The notes under the pieces were generated by a model that worked only from the letters and a program-made list of their open reading frames with translations, searched no databases and had not been told where the DNA came from. Of a stretch of 64,000 nucleotides of DNA, positions 42,250 through 52,015 are shown one piece after another. Source of the DNA: Candidatus Bathyarchaeia archaeon (GTDB lineage Archaea > Thermoproteota > Bathyarchaeia > Bathyarchaeales > Bathycorpusculaceae); contig JBBFKZ010000009.1 in assembly GCA_037481775.1 (NCBI GenBank), forward strand, positions 1 through 64,000, given 5' to 3'. The translations under genes and the position numbers were made by a program. How positions within the stretch are numbered: the first letter of the stretch is position 1; each line of letters starts with the position of its first letter.

Positions 42250-42389
42250 AATGCTTCACTAACCTACTGTGTGAAGTTCGCTTTTCCTATAATTAATTTA
42301 CGCACACGATAGGTGAGTTTGACTTATTAGCACTCTCTTGAAAATAGGAAGTTGCCTTATAAAGACATATAACTAAAGGGAGGATAAAA

Positions 42390-44963
42390 ATGGAGCTTGC
42401 AAGAAACAAGGCTAATCTGGCTGCTTTATTTCTAATGACTGCTATGTTGTTTGTACTTGCTGAGGCACCTGCCGCTAACGCACATGACCCTGCTTGGACC
42501 ATTATTTCCTACGCCTATGTCGTTCCTGCACCTAACCCTGTGGGACTCGCTCAACGTGTAGCCATCGTAATGTGGGTTGACACGCCTTTACCGGGTGCGC
42601 TTGTTACTAATGACATCCGACGTCATGATTACAAACTCACCATAACAAAACCTGACGGAAACACAGAAGTACACGAATGGGACGTTGTTTGGGACACGAC
42701 AAGTTTCCAGTACTTTTCCTACGTTCCAGATCAAGTAGGTGAGTACACTTTATTGTTCGAGTATCCGGGGCAAAAATACACTTGGGCAGGCGAGTATAAT
42801 GGAGACACATTTACACCCGCTAGCGCCACAGCGACCTTCACAGTTCTGGAAAATCCGCTGCCTGAACCCACACTTAGCTATCCGCTTCCCACAGAATACT
42901 GGGTACGCCCCATAGAAGGGCAGAACTCCTACTGGTATACCATCTCATCAAACTGGCTGGGTTCGCCATACATTCGTTCCGGTGAAAGCAGCACTGGCGG
43001 TGCAGGTTACGCAAGGTTCCAGCCTGATGGTACAGCGCCTAACAGCCCACACATAATGTGGACAAGACCAATTCAGGATGGCGGTGTCGTCGGAGGAAGC
43101 AATGTCGGTCGTGATGGCAACACGTTCTACATGGGCGGCTCATACAATACTAGGTTCAGCAATGCAATAGTTATGTACGGAAGACTCTATTACGAACTTC
43201 CCTATGGCAATTCAGGCGGAGGCGGAGGATGGATATGCGTCGATTTGCGGACTGGCGAAGAGATATGGTACAATGCAGAAATGGGCGCCACAGCGAGTCT
43301 GCCTGACCCAGCTTTTGGCTACTATTATTGCTATGACGACGGTAATCAACATGGAATTCTTCCAAACGGCTTGCTGTTTGCGAGCAACTTCCAAACTGCA
43401 TATGATCCAGCCACAGGAAAACCCACAGGCACGAACATAACAGGTGTTCCTTCAGGCACATCGGTCGTCGGGCCAAAAGGTGAAATAATTCGCTATGTTC
43501 TTAAAAACGTAGGCACGCCTTCAAATCCAAGTTATCGTCTGCTACAGTGGAACTCTTCCTACATAAACTTCCAAACTGCGGGGCAGATCGGTGCAGCCAA
43601 TTGGTATCCAGGAACTATAGATGCAAGTCAAGATCGCTTTTACGACTGGAACATATCGCTGTCAGGGTTAGGTCCCGGAACATGGAGCGCTTGGCGAGAA
43701 GCTAGCTTAGACAACATAATCCTTCTCATTCAAGGTAACCTTGGAACACATGTAGGCGTTTATGGAGGAGCAATAAGCCAGGCAGGAGCAAACGTTACTG
43801 CAGTAAGTCTAAAGCCAGAATCAAGAGGACAAATATTGTGGACTAAGCACTATCCAGTAGCACCAAATAACATTACCCGAGAAATCACTGCATGGGATCC
43901 AGAACTCGGTGTATTCGTTATGGAGGATAAAGAAACCATGGCACATTACGGCTACAGCCTATACGATGGAAGCCTGTTATGGACTAACACTGATTATGTG
44001 CACCCGTATGACACCCTGCGGTCAGTGTCTCTAGCTGCTTATGGCAAGCTTTATGTGGCTGGTTTCGGCGGGATACTCTACTGCTATGACATGTCAAACG
44101 GAAAACTACTGTGGACTTACGGTAACGGCGGAGAAGGCAACAGCACTTTCTCAGGTCTTGAGACGCCATGGGGTCACTACCCAATCTTCGTAGATGTTAT
44201 TGCTGACGGCAAAGTTTACGTGGGCACTACTGAACATTCGCCTGACTCCCCATACTACAAGGGTGCAAGGTATCGCTGCATAAACGCTACTACCGGCGAG
44301 GAAATCTGGACTATTCTAGGATGGGGCTCTGGCATGTACGTCGGATCCTGCGATGTCGTTGCAGACGGTTTCTTCGTATTCCTCAACTGCTATGACATGC
44401 AAGTGTACTGCATTGGTAAGGGCCCGAGCGCCACGACTGTAACTGCGTCTCCGAAGGTTTCTGTGCATGGCAGCAAAGTCCTCGTGGAAGGCACCGTAAC
44501 GGATATTTCTGCTGGTACAAGACAGGCTGAGCAGGCTGCGCGGTTCCCGAATGGCGTGCCCGCTGTTTCTGACGAGAGCATGGGTGCGTGGATGGAGTAC
44601 GTGTACATGCAGAAGCCTAAGCCTACTAACGTTAAAGGCGTCGACGTCATCGTTGAAGTCTTGGATCCCAACGGCAACTACTATGAGGTAGCTAGAACCA
44701 CAAGTGATTCGAGCGGCTTCTTTAAGGCTACGTTTACGCCGCCTGTGCCTGGCGAGTACACCATTATCGCCCGTTTTGCTGGCTCGGAGTCGTACTGGCC
44801 TTCGCATGCAGAAACAGCCCTATATGTCGAAGATGCGCCGCCAGCTACGCCTGAAGCTACGCCTACGCCCCAAGCGCCAGTGGAAACCTACTTTGCTATT
44901 TCAACAATCGCCATAATCGTCGCTATCGCCATAGTTGGTCTACTACTAATGAGGAAACGGTAA
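42390..44963 (+). CDS. Secreted, C-terminally anchored PQQ-like beta-propeller protein (paralog 2)
   Basis: SD GGAGG; signal peptide; CVDLRTGEEIW, CYDMSNGKLLW, CINATTGEEIW; C-terminal TM + RKR. Confidence 0.85.
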   Translation: MELARNKANLAALFLMTAMLFVLAEAPAANAHDPAWTIISYAYVVPAPNPVGLAQRVAIVMWVDTPLPGALVTNDIRRHDYKLTITKPDGNTEVHEWDVVWDTTSFQYFSYVPDQVGEYTLLFEYPGQKYTWAGEYNGDTFTPASATATFTVLENPLPEPTLSYPLPTEYWVRPIEGQNSYWYTISSNWLGSPYIRSGESSTGGAGYARFQPDGTAPNSPHIMWTRPIQDGGVVGGSNVGRDGNTFYMGGSYNTRFSNAIVMYGRLYYELPYGNSGGGGGWICVDLRTGEEIWYNAEMGATASLPDPAFGYYYCYDDGNQHGILPNGLLFASNFQTAYDPATGKPTGTNITGVPSGTSVVGPKGEIIRYVLKNVGTPSNPSYRLLQWNSSYINFQTAGQIGAANWYPGTIDASQDRFYDWNISLSGLGPGTWSAWREASLDNIILLIQGNLGTHVGVYGGAISQAGANVTAVSLKPESRGQILWTKHYPVAPNNITREITAWDPELGVFVMEDKETMAHYGYSLYDGSLLWTNTDYVHPYDTLRSVSLAAYGKLYVAGFGGILYCYDMSNGKLLWTYGNGGEGNSTFSGLETPWGHYPIFVDVIADGKVYVGTTEHSPDSPYYKGARYRCINATTGEEIWTILGWGSGMYVGSCDVVADGFFVFLNCYDMQVYCIGKGPSATTVTASPKVSVHGSKVLVEGTVTDISAGTRQAEQAARFPNGVPAVSDESMGAWMEYVYMQKPKPTNVKGVDVIVEVLDPNGNYYEVARTTSDSSGFFKATFTPPVPGEYTIIARFAGSESYWPSHAETALYVEDAPPATPEATPTPQAPVETYFAISTIAIIVAIAIVGLLLMRKR

Positions 44964-44980
44964 ACATGCTGATGCGAAAC

Positions 44981-45003
44981 AAAACTCTTTTTCCCTCTTT
45001 TTT
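44981..45003 (+). terminator. Oligo-T terminator of PQQ paralog 2
   Basis: AAAACTCTTTTTCCCTCTTTTTT after the stop. Confidence 0.6.
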
Positions 45004-45229
45004 CATTGCCGATAAAACGCAGTGGGCTGAATGGGCTTTGGGTTATGATTTATCTGCAGCAGCAGATTACCATTCTTCTTTTCTCCTTTAGTTGATGCCC
45101 AAAGCCCCAGCAAACCTCTCCCGATTGTAGAGTAAAGTGATATTTAACTAACCGGTTCAAGCTGTTTATAGATGGGCTATGTTTTTTCAACGCAAAAATT
45201 TTGCAAACTAAAAAAAGAGAAAGAGGGAA

Positions 45230-45451
45230 TTATTTTCCCATGACTTTTTTAGCAGCGATTTCTATGTCTTCTGCTTTGATGGTTTTGCGACCGGCGTGCA
45301 TGGCAAAATCTAATGCTTCTTTCGCGATTTTTACGCCAATCTCCTCCAGCGCCTTAGCGAGCTCTTTCGCTGCTGCTTCACTGACTCTGTCTGCTCCTGC
45401 CTTTTTGCACAACCTGTGCATGGGAGCTACAGCTAATTCTAAATCCGTCAT
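45230..45451 (-). CDS. Archaeal histone (HMf family)
   Basis: [33 protein letters not shown] histone fold. Confidence 0.95.
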   Translation of the reverse strand: MTDLELAVAPMHRLCKKAGADRVSEAAAKELAKALEEIGVKIAKEALDFAMHAGRKTIKAEDIEIAAKKVMGK

Positions 45452-45588
45452 AAAGACGACTCCTTAGCCTCTTTTTCTTTTTAAAGCCATATTTAACCTT
45501 TTTTATCCCGCCGACTCTTAAGCTTGTCTTGTTGCTTAAAATTCCTCGAATAAAGAAGAAAATTATAAAAACGCTATAACCGATAAAA

Positions 45589-46386
45589 ATGGCGAAGGTT
45601 TCAAAGATGAAGCTAGTTGACGCGCATATTCATCTCTCCGACGCGGAGTACGCTCAGATCGTTGATGAACTTGTGTTGGAAGCTAAAAACTCCGGTGTTG
45701 TCGCGCTGGTTTCGAATTCAATGGATTTTGATACCAGCCTTAAAAGTGTGAAGCTGGCTGAGAAATACTCTAGCCTTGTTTACGCTGCGTTAGGCATTCA
45801 TCCATGGAATGTGAATGTGCTCAAGGAAAACGAGCTTGAAGACACACTAAAGCTGATTTTTGAGCAAAGCCAAAGAAAGGCAATAGTCGCAATAGGCGAA
45901 ATCGGACTAGACTATAAGTATGAGGCAATATGGGATAAACAGCTCATGGTTTTCGACAAGATGCTGCGTGCAGCTGAAAAGACAAGTCTGCCTGTTATAA
46001 TTCACTCGCGTGGAACAACCGCTCAAATTGTGGATATGCTTCCGTCCTATAATCTCAAGCGTGTTCTGCTACACTGGTTCAGCCACCCCTTAAGTGCATT
46101 AAACAAAGCTTTAACGCATGGATATTTCATCACTGAAGGGCCGCCAGTAGCTTATTCTCCAGGCATCCGCGAGGTCGTTAAAAGAGTGCCCCTAACAAGC
46201 TTTCTAACAGAAACTGACGGTCCCGTGACTTACCGGAAACCGCCCTACAATGGCAAGATTACGAAGCCTTCATTTATAAATACAGTGGTTGAAGCCGTAG
46301 CCGCGATCAAGAATATGCCTATCACCGATGTTGCTGAGCAAATAGCCAGAAACTTTGAAGTTTTCTTCGATATAAAACTAAATTAA
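45589..46386 (+). CDS. tatD: TatD family DNase
   Basis: DAHIHL, GIHP, IGEIGLD, IIHSR, LHWF, LTETDGP. Confidence 0.93.
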   Translation: MAKVSKMKLVDAHIHLSDAEYAQIVDELVLEAKNSGVVALVSNSMDFDTSLKSVKLAEKYSSLVYAALGIHPWNVNVLKENELEDTLKLIFEQSQRKAIVAIGEIGLDYKYEAIWDKQLMVFDKMLRAAEKTSLPVIIHSRGTTAQIVDMLPSYNLKRVLLHWFSHPLSALNKALTHGYFITEGPPVAYSPGIREVVKRVPLTSFLTETDGPVTYRKPPYNGKITKPSFINTVVEAVAAIKNMPITDVAEQIARNFEVFFDIKLN

Positions 46387-46748
46387 CATTTGCCCGTGAA
46401 ATCCGCTTTTGCACTGTTAAACCATGAAAAGCTGAACTTTTAGGCAAGCCTTCAAAACGGCGTGAGATGCAACAAGTGCCCGATTCATCTTCTTCGATTA
46501 GTGCTAACGGCATACTCACGCTTTTTAATCTTAAGTTATGTGTTAGGCCAGTTTTTTAGGGAATCCTCCTTTTTGAACGGAGTTTTAATGTATTTTAATT
46601 TGTGCAATGCGTTTCTATTTTACCCTTTGCGGTAATAGAATTTGCAAGGCGTAAACTTAAATTAAGCCTCTCTACTATTGAAAGTTGCTTTTACGCTTTC
46701 AAGCGGTGGAAGAAGAAAACCGATGCGTAACTGGAGGAACAGGTATAC

Positions 46749-46979
46749 TTGGGAAAAGTCAAAACGGAACAAATTAAACGGTTAGCTAAGGAACTCATAG
46801 CAAGGTTTCCGAATAAATTTTCCACTAATTTTGAAGACAACAAGCGTGCAGTTGAGGCGCTTACATTGGGCGCAACCACGAGAGTTAAAAATCAAATCGC
46901 TGGGTATATAACACACGTTATGACTTTAACGCAGAAAAAGTCGCCAACTGAAGCAGTCAAGGAAGAAATAGCAGCATAA
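46749..46979 (+). CDS. rps17e: 30S ribosomal protein S17e
   Basis: MGKVKT..IKR, F.TNFEDNK, VKNQIAGYIT; SD GGAGG + TTG. Confidence 0.96.
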   Translation: MGKVKTEQIKRLAKELIARFPNKFSTNFEDNKRAVEALTLGATTRVKNQIAGYITHVMTLTQKKSPTEAVKEEIAA

Positions 46980-46992
46980 TGCCGGGAAAAAC

Positions 46993-47373
46993 ATGTTGCT
47001 AATAGATGAATACAGAAAGGGCTGGGCAATACGCTATCTACGCGAAGCGAAAGCCGAGTTGGAAGCAGCGCGAAAGATTCCCTATATGGCGCCCAGTCTT
47101 GTGTTGGAAGCTATTAGAAAAGCCAGAAACGCCATATACTACAGCATAGGTGAACCCGCCTTCATCGAGTTTCTCATACATGAAGAGCTGCTAAAGACGC
47201 CGCCTACGAATGACCAGACCCTACGTTTTCTCATTGAAATTGAGGCGATTTTACAGCAGCTATCCCAATTAGAGGACATTAACGGCGATGCAATTATTAA
47301 GCAGGCGGATACGCTTATTCAGATAGCCGCGGACATTGTGGAGACCTTCACTGAAGAGAAATTAGAAGATTAG
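46993..47373 (+). CDS. Hypothetical all-helical protein (possibly HEPN-like)
   Basis: ORF track; N-terminal RYLREAKAELEAA helix resembles HEPN starts, but no RxxxxH motif seen. Confidence 0.65.
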   Translation: MLLIDEYRKGWAIRYLREAKAELEAARKIPYMAPSLVLEAIRKARNAIYYSIGEPAFIEFLIHEELLKTPPTNDQTLRFLIEIEAILQQLSQLEDINGDAIIKQADTLIQIAADIVETFTEEKLED

Positions 47374-47499
47374 CGCGTAAAGCAACTTGTTTTGCGTTTT
47401 CTAATCTTATCCTTTTAGATTGAAGACTTGCGCTTAAAAATCGAGAATTGTTTATTAGCATTTTGCCTCCTAATTTCCATAAATAGGCTGAGTGGGAAA

Positions 47500-47784
47500 A
47501 TGACAATCTCCCTCAAATTTCTCGGCACCTTGCGCCACATATCAAACACGAGCAAACTTGCGTTGAGTGTTAATGGCGCTCTTTCCGTGAAGGAGTTACT
47601 TAGCAGGCTTGTTGAAGAAATACCCGCCCTCAAGCAGAGCTTGAGTCCTCAGCAACTGGAAGATTTACAGTCAAGCACGTTAATACTTGTAAATGGTAAA
47701 GAAATCAGCGTTTTAGATGGTTTAGCTACCAACCTAAATGATGGTGATGAAGTAGTTTTTGTTCCTGTTGTTCATGGAGGCTGA
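47500..47784 (+). CDS. MoaD/ThiS family ubiquitin-like small archaeal modifier (SAMP)
   Basis: ILVNGKEI..LDG..T.L.DGDEV..VP.VHGG with terminal di-glycine; start ATG 47500. Confidence 0.9.
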   Translation: MTISLKFLGTLRHISNTSKLALSVNGALSVKELLSRLVEEIPALKQSLSPQQLEDLQSSTLILVNGKEISVLDGLATNLNDGDEVVFVPVVHGG

Positions 47785-48572
47785 GGCAGACGATTACTTT
47801 AACTACTGATTTTGGCTTGAAAGACCCTTACGTTGCAGAGATGAAGGCTGTAATTTTGGGCATATGCCCGGCAGCCGTTATAGTAGATATAACCCATGAA
47901 GTAGAAAAGTTCAATATACGAATGGGCGCTTACATGCTGTCTTCAGCAGCACCGTATTTTCCAAAGGGCACAATTCATGTGGCGGTTGTCGACCCAGGTG
48001 TTGGCACCCAAAGGCGCCCCATAGTTATACAGACAAAGCAAGGCTTTTTTATTGGGCCAGATAATGGTCTATTAATTTTAGCCGCAGAGCAGCAAGGCAT
48101 ATTGTGCATCCGAGAGTTGGCGAATCTGCGGTTTATGTTGCCCAAAGTTTCTTTCACCTTTCACGGCAGAGACATTTTCGCTCCTGCAGCGGCGCATCTG
48201 ATGAATGGGGTGAAACCAGAAGAACTTGGACCTGAAATACACAATGTAGTGTATCCTGAATTTGCAAAAGTCACGGAAAGAAGCGGCATGCTCATAGGTG
48301 AGGTTTTACATGTGGATGATTTTGGAAATATAATCACAAACATAAGTGAGAAAGAGCTTTCTCATGCCGCTGTGGCGGCAATGTTGAACGTCAATCTGAG
48401 TGGTAGCAAATTTAAGTTGAGGCTTTGTCAAGCTTATGGTGAAGCTGGGCTTCAGGAGCCGTTAGCTTTAATCGGAAGCCATGGTTTTCTTGAAATAGCC
48501 TTAAATCAGGGCAACGCTGCCCAAAAATTCAAGGTAAAGGCTGGCGACAAAATCGCTGTTTTGCCGGCATAG
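47781..48572 (+). CDS. SAM hydroxide adenosyltransferase (DUF62, chlorinase/fluorinase family); probable CTG start
   Basis: ITLTTDFG motif lies upstream of TTG 47817; VVDPGVGT.R, GPDNG, TFHGRDIF, DDFGN; in-frame TGA at 47748. Confidence 0.9.
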   Translation: MRQTITLTTDFGLKDPYVAEMKAVILGICPAAVIVDITHEVEKFNIRMGAYMLSSAAPYFPKGTIHVAVVDPGVGTQRRPIVIQTKQGFFIGPDNGLLILAAEQQGILCIRELANLRFMLPKVSFTFHGRDIFAPAAAHLMNGVKPEELGPEIHNVVYPEFAKVTERSGMLIGEVLHVDDFGNIITNISEKELSHAAVAAMLNVNLSGSKFKLRLCQAYGEAGLQEPLALIGSHGFLEIALNQGNAAQKFKVKAGDKIAVLPA

Positions 48573-48690
48573 AGGTACATGGTCGCCTAAGGGCACTTTC
48601 TGTGATAGTTGTTTTGCTATGGCGTAACCGTAAATGAAACGAAGCCTTTATTAGATAAACAGAGAAGGGCCCTTTCGGAATGCTGGTTGA

Positions 48691-49539
48691 ATGACTAGGT
48701 ATCATGCTTTAGCTTTAGCTACGGAATATTGGAAGCCTCGCGAAGATTACCTTAGCAGTATTGTTGAGGAGCTGGCGGGACGAGTATGCGATGGCGACTT
48801 TGTTGTTGTTTCTGAAAAGGCGCTTTCAACCGCGCTAGGCAACATTATTGATGAAAGCGTTGTTAAGGCTGGATTTAACGCGAAAATGATATGTCGTTTA
48901 TGGGTGCGCTTCGTCTGGGGATACTGCTTAAGCGTGATATGCCATCTCGGAAGAAGACTGGCGCAAAGACTGCGAGAGTACCCGCTGGACGCGGGGAGCC
49001 GTCACAAACAGGTTGCTTTGCAACATGCAGGGCTTTTGCAGGCGCTTATGTGGGGTTCTGAAGGCGGCATCGACGGCTCTAATCTGCCGTTTTCTTATGT
49101 AAGCTTGCCTCTGAGGAACCCGTATGAGGTGGCTGAGGCTATTCGCAGGCAGATCTGGTGTAAGCTGAAAAAGAAAGTATGTGTAATAATCGTGGATACG
49201 GATAAAACTTATTCCTTCAGGAATGTCCATTTCACTCCACGTCCAAACCCAATTAGGGGGATCCACTCTTTCGGCGGCGTTATCGCCTACGTTATTGGCA
49301 GGGCACTAAGGTTTAGAAAGAGATCCACGCCGCTTGCCACAGCCGGCTGCGTGCTTCAAGCAGAAGAGGCGTTAAAAATTGCTAATGTCGCTGACAGGGC
49401 AAGAGGCGCGGGTTCAGGCGCAACGGTGTGGGATATGGCTGCGCGGTTTCATGTGGCGGTAACGGAAATAGATTGGCGTATGCTGGCGCAGATGAAGCAT
49501 AAACCAATCGTCATTGTCAGAAAGAGGCGCGCAGGATAG
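48691..49539 (+). CDS. CofE-like gamma-glutamyl ligase family protein
   Basis: DGDFVVVSEKA, EGGIDGSN, IIVDTD, G.GSG motifs. Confidence 0.75.
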   Translation: MTRYHALALATEYWKPREDYLSSIVEELAGRVCDGDFVVVSEKALSTALGNIIDESVVKAGFNAKMICRLWVRFVWGYCLSVICHLGRRLAQRLREYPLDAGSRHKQVALQHAGLLQALMWGSEGGIDGSNLPFSYVSLPLRNPYEVAEAIRRQIWCKLKKKVCVIIVDTDKTYSFRNVHFTPRPNPIRGIHSFGGVIAYVIGRALRFRKRSTPLATAGCVLQAEEALKIANVADRARGAGSGATVWDMAARFHVAVTEIDWRMLAQMKHKPIVIVRKRRAG

Positions 49540-49603
49540 AATGCCGTTTTTGGAAGAGTAAAGAATAAACACTTCTCTTTTCTTAATGAACGCTGTGATA
49601 GTT

Positions 49604-51097
49604 ATGGAAGAAACTGAGCAGCTTGATGCCTTTTTTAATCCTCGTTCAGTCGCGGTTATCGGCGCTACTAAAAAGATAGATAAGGCTGGACATGTGATTT
49701 TCAAAAATTTTGCTTATAACAAAACTAGAGGCGTTTTCAAAGGAGAACTTTATCCCGTAAATCCCAATGAAGAATCAATTCTAGGCTTTAAGTGCTACCC
49801 AACTATAACCGAGATTCCAGGAGAACTAGACCTAATAGTGGTCGTTGTTCCCGCAAAAATTGTGCCGTCCATCATGGAAGATGCGGTTGCTAAAAAGGTT
49901 AAGACTGCAATAATAATTACTTCGGGCTTCAAAGAAATCGGAAACATCGAGCTTGAAGAGCAGCTGGTGGCCACAGCTAAGAAAGCGGGAATACGCATTT
50001 TAGGTCCAAACTGCTTGGGGGTCTACTATCAGAAGACAGGTGTGGACACGCTATTTCTTCCTGAAACCAAGGTTCTAACAACAGGAGACGAAGTTATTGC
50101 CACGCCAAGGCCAATGGTCGGCGACATCGCTATAGTCACTCAAAGCGGCGCCTTCGGTGTTGCGGCTCTCGACTTTCTCGCTGGCCGCCAAATTGGAATC
50201 AGCAAATTCGTAAGCTTTGGCAATAAATGCGACGTGACCGAGTCCGAAATGCTGCATTACCTACTTTCTGATAAAGAAACCAGGGTTATACTTCTCTACG
50301 TGGAAGACATAAAATATGGCAGGCAATTTCTCAATGTAGCCAAAGAAGTCTCTTTGAAGAAGCCCATAGTGGCGCTTAAGGCTGGCAGAAGCACCGCTGG
50401 CGCCAGAGCCGCCGCTTCGCATACAGGTGCCATCGCGGGTTCGGATAGAATCTACGATGCCGCTTTCGAGCAAGCAGGAGTGATCCGCGCGCGGGACATG
50501 GAGGAGTTCTTTGACATGGGGAAAGCTCTCGCCATGCAGCCGCCCGCATTAGGCGGGAACATCGGTATACTCACAGACGCTGGTGGTCCAGGCATAATGG
50601 CAGTGGATGAGTGCGAAAGTAATGGTTTATCTGTGGAGCGCTTTTCAGAAGAAACCTTACAGAAGTTTCAGAAGCTCAAGGATGAGGGTGTGCTTCCCAA
50701 ATTTGCGGCAACTTCTAATCCCGTTGACCTTACTGGCTCGGTGACTGATGTCATGTTCGAGGTTGCAGCAGATCTTATGTTTCAAGATCCTGAAGTAGAC
50801 GGCATAATCTTGCTCGGTCTGCATCATCTGCCTGCTTTGCGTGAAAAATACATTGAAGGCGTGGCTCGCGTGGCAGACAAGTATAGTAAGCCTATTGTCA
50901 TGTGCGATATAGGCGAGACGGAAATGGCATTATACACGCGCTTTAGGTTTGATAAGCTGGGGATTCCCGCTTATCCCTCGCCAGAGGATGCGGCACGAGC
51001 CATGAAGGCCTTAGTAAGCTATGGTGCATATCTTCAGAAAAATAACCGCGCGGAAGACTACATAAATGACTTCATAAAGCGGAAGCGGCAAGCCTAA
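49604..51097 (+). CDS. acdA: ADP-forming acyl-CoA synthetase, alpha subunit
   Basis: FNPRSVAVIGA, YPVNP, GPNCLG, QSGA, SFGN, AASHTG phospho-His, NPVDLTG. Confidence 0.9.
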   Translation: MEETEQLDAFFNPRSVAVIGATKKIDKAGHVIFKNFAYNKTRGVFKGELYPVNPNEESILGFKCYPTITEIPGELDLIVVVVPAKIVPSIMEDAVAKKVKTAIIITSGFKEIGNIELEEQLVATAKKAGIRILGPNCLGVYYQKTGVDTLFLPETKVLTTGDEVIATPRPMVGDIAIVTQSGAFGVAALDFLAGRQIGISKFVSFGNKCDVTESEMLHYLLSDKETRVILLYVEDIKYGRQFLNVAKEVSLKKPIVALKAGRSTAGARAAASHTGAIAGSDRIYDAAFEQAGVIRARDMEEFFDMGKALAMQPPALGGNIGILTDAGGPGIMAVDECESNGLSVERFSEETLQKFQKLKDEGVLPKFAATSNPVDLTGSVTDVMFEVAADLMFQDPEVDGIILLGLHHLPALREKYIEGVARVADKYSKPIVMCDIGETEMALYTRFRFDKLGIPAYPSPEDAARAMKALVSYGAYLQKNNRAEDYINDFIKRKRQA

Positions 51098-51480
51098 ATT
51101 AGGACTGTAACGGTGATTTCATCTCCATCTTTAAGCTTAAGCGCCTCGCGCAAGTTTACAGGAGCGATGATTTCTAGGATGTCGCTTGGATATCCTGGCA
51201 CTTCAGGAATCACAACAGCACACTCCACACTACCAATGAATGCCTTGAACAGTTTCCCGCTGCAATAACCTTCAGCTGGCAAAATCTTCATTGCGCATTT
51301 TTCTTCAAGCAATTCTCTGCGTTTCACGCCTTCATGCGAGAGTCTTAAATTTAAGGTGCCCGCGTACGGTGTAAAGCCTGCCTTCTGCTTCATTTGACTT
51401 TTAACCCACGATAACTCTAGAAACTTTCTTCCCTCGCCTCGACGGCAGAATACTCTGCCGCTGAGTTCAATCCTCTTCAT
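51094..51480 (-). CDS. ribK: CTP-dependent riboflavin kinase domain protein (DUF120), no N-terminal HTH
   Basis: G.V...GEG, PYAGTLN, LEIIAPVNLREALKLKDGD. Confidence 0.8.
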   Translation of the reverse strand: MKRIELSGRVFCRRGEGRKFLELSWVKSQMKQKAGFTPYAGTLNLRLSHEGVKRRELLEEKCAMKILPAEGYCSGKLFKAFIGSVECAVVIPEVPGYPSDILEIIAPVNLREALKLKDGDEITVTVLI

Positions 51481-51536
51481 CAGCGCTTCCGGCCTCTCAA
51501 AACTGCGACCGCTGTATCCCGCAGCTTAACCGTTTT

Positions 51537-51908
51537 TTACTCTTTTTGTTCTTTTAGCCATTGAGCAACTTTGCGGAGAATATGATCAGAAGACATGTCG
51601 ATTACGGGTACAATAATTTTCTCTTTTGTCTCTATGGTCGGCGTATACTTCGGCATTAAAGAGTAGCCGACAAAAGTCCAGTAAACTTTACCCGACTCTA
51701 TCAACGCCTTCGCAACCGCTGTTGTGGAAGCTGGAAGCGGGAAATACAGAAAAACCACGCCTTCAGCCCAATATAAGCCCGCCAGTTTTCCACCAGCTAT
51801 CACCGACGTGAAACGAGCCATCTCTTCAGGGGTTGAAAAATACGTGCGCTCCATTACAACGATTTCTTTAAAGGGTGCATACTCAATTGTAATGTCCTTT
51901 TTGCTCAT
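51537..51908 (-). CDS. Conserved hypothetical archaeal protein
   Basis: Start MSKKDITIEY at 51908; the longer ORF-track start runs into the dispersed repeat. Confidence 0.7.
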   Translation of the reverse strand: MSKKDITIEYAPFKEIVVMERTYFSTPEEMARFTSVIAGGKLAGLYWAEGVVFLYFPLPASTTAVAKALIESGKVYWTFVGYSLMPKYTPTIETKEKIIVPVIDMSSDHILRKVAQWLKEQKE

Positions 51909-52015
51909 AAACTGCTCACAACCTACACGATATTGTATTGGCAGTTCCCTTTTAATCTTGCCATGGCGACTGACCGCAATGCTATCCCCCGACAGCCTCT
52001 CACAAGCGCATACGC

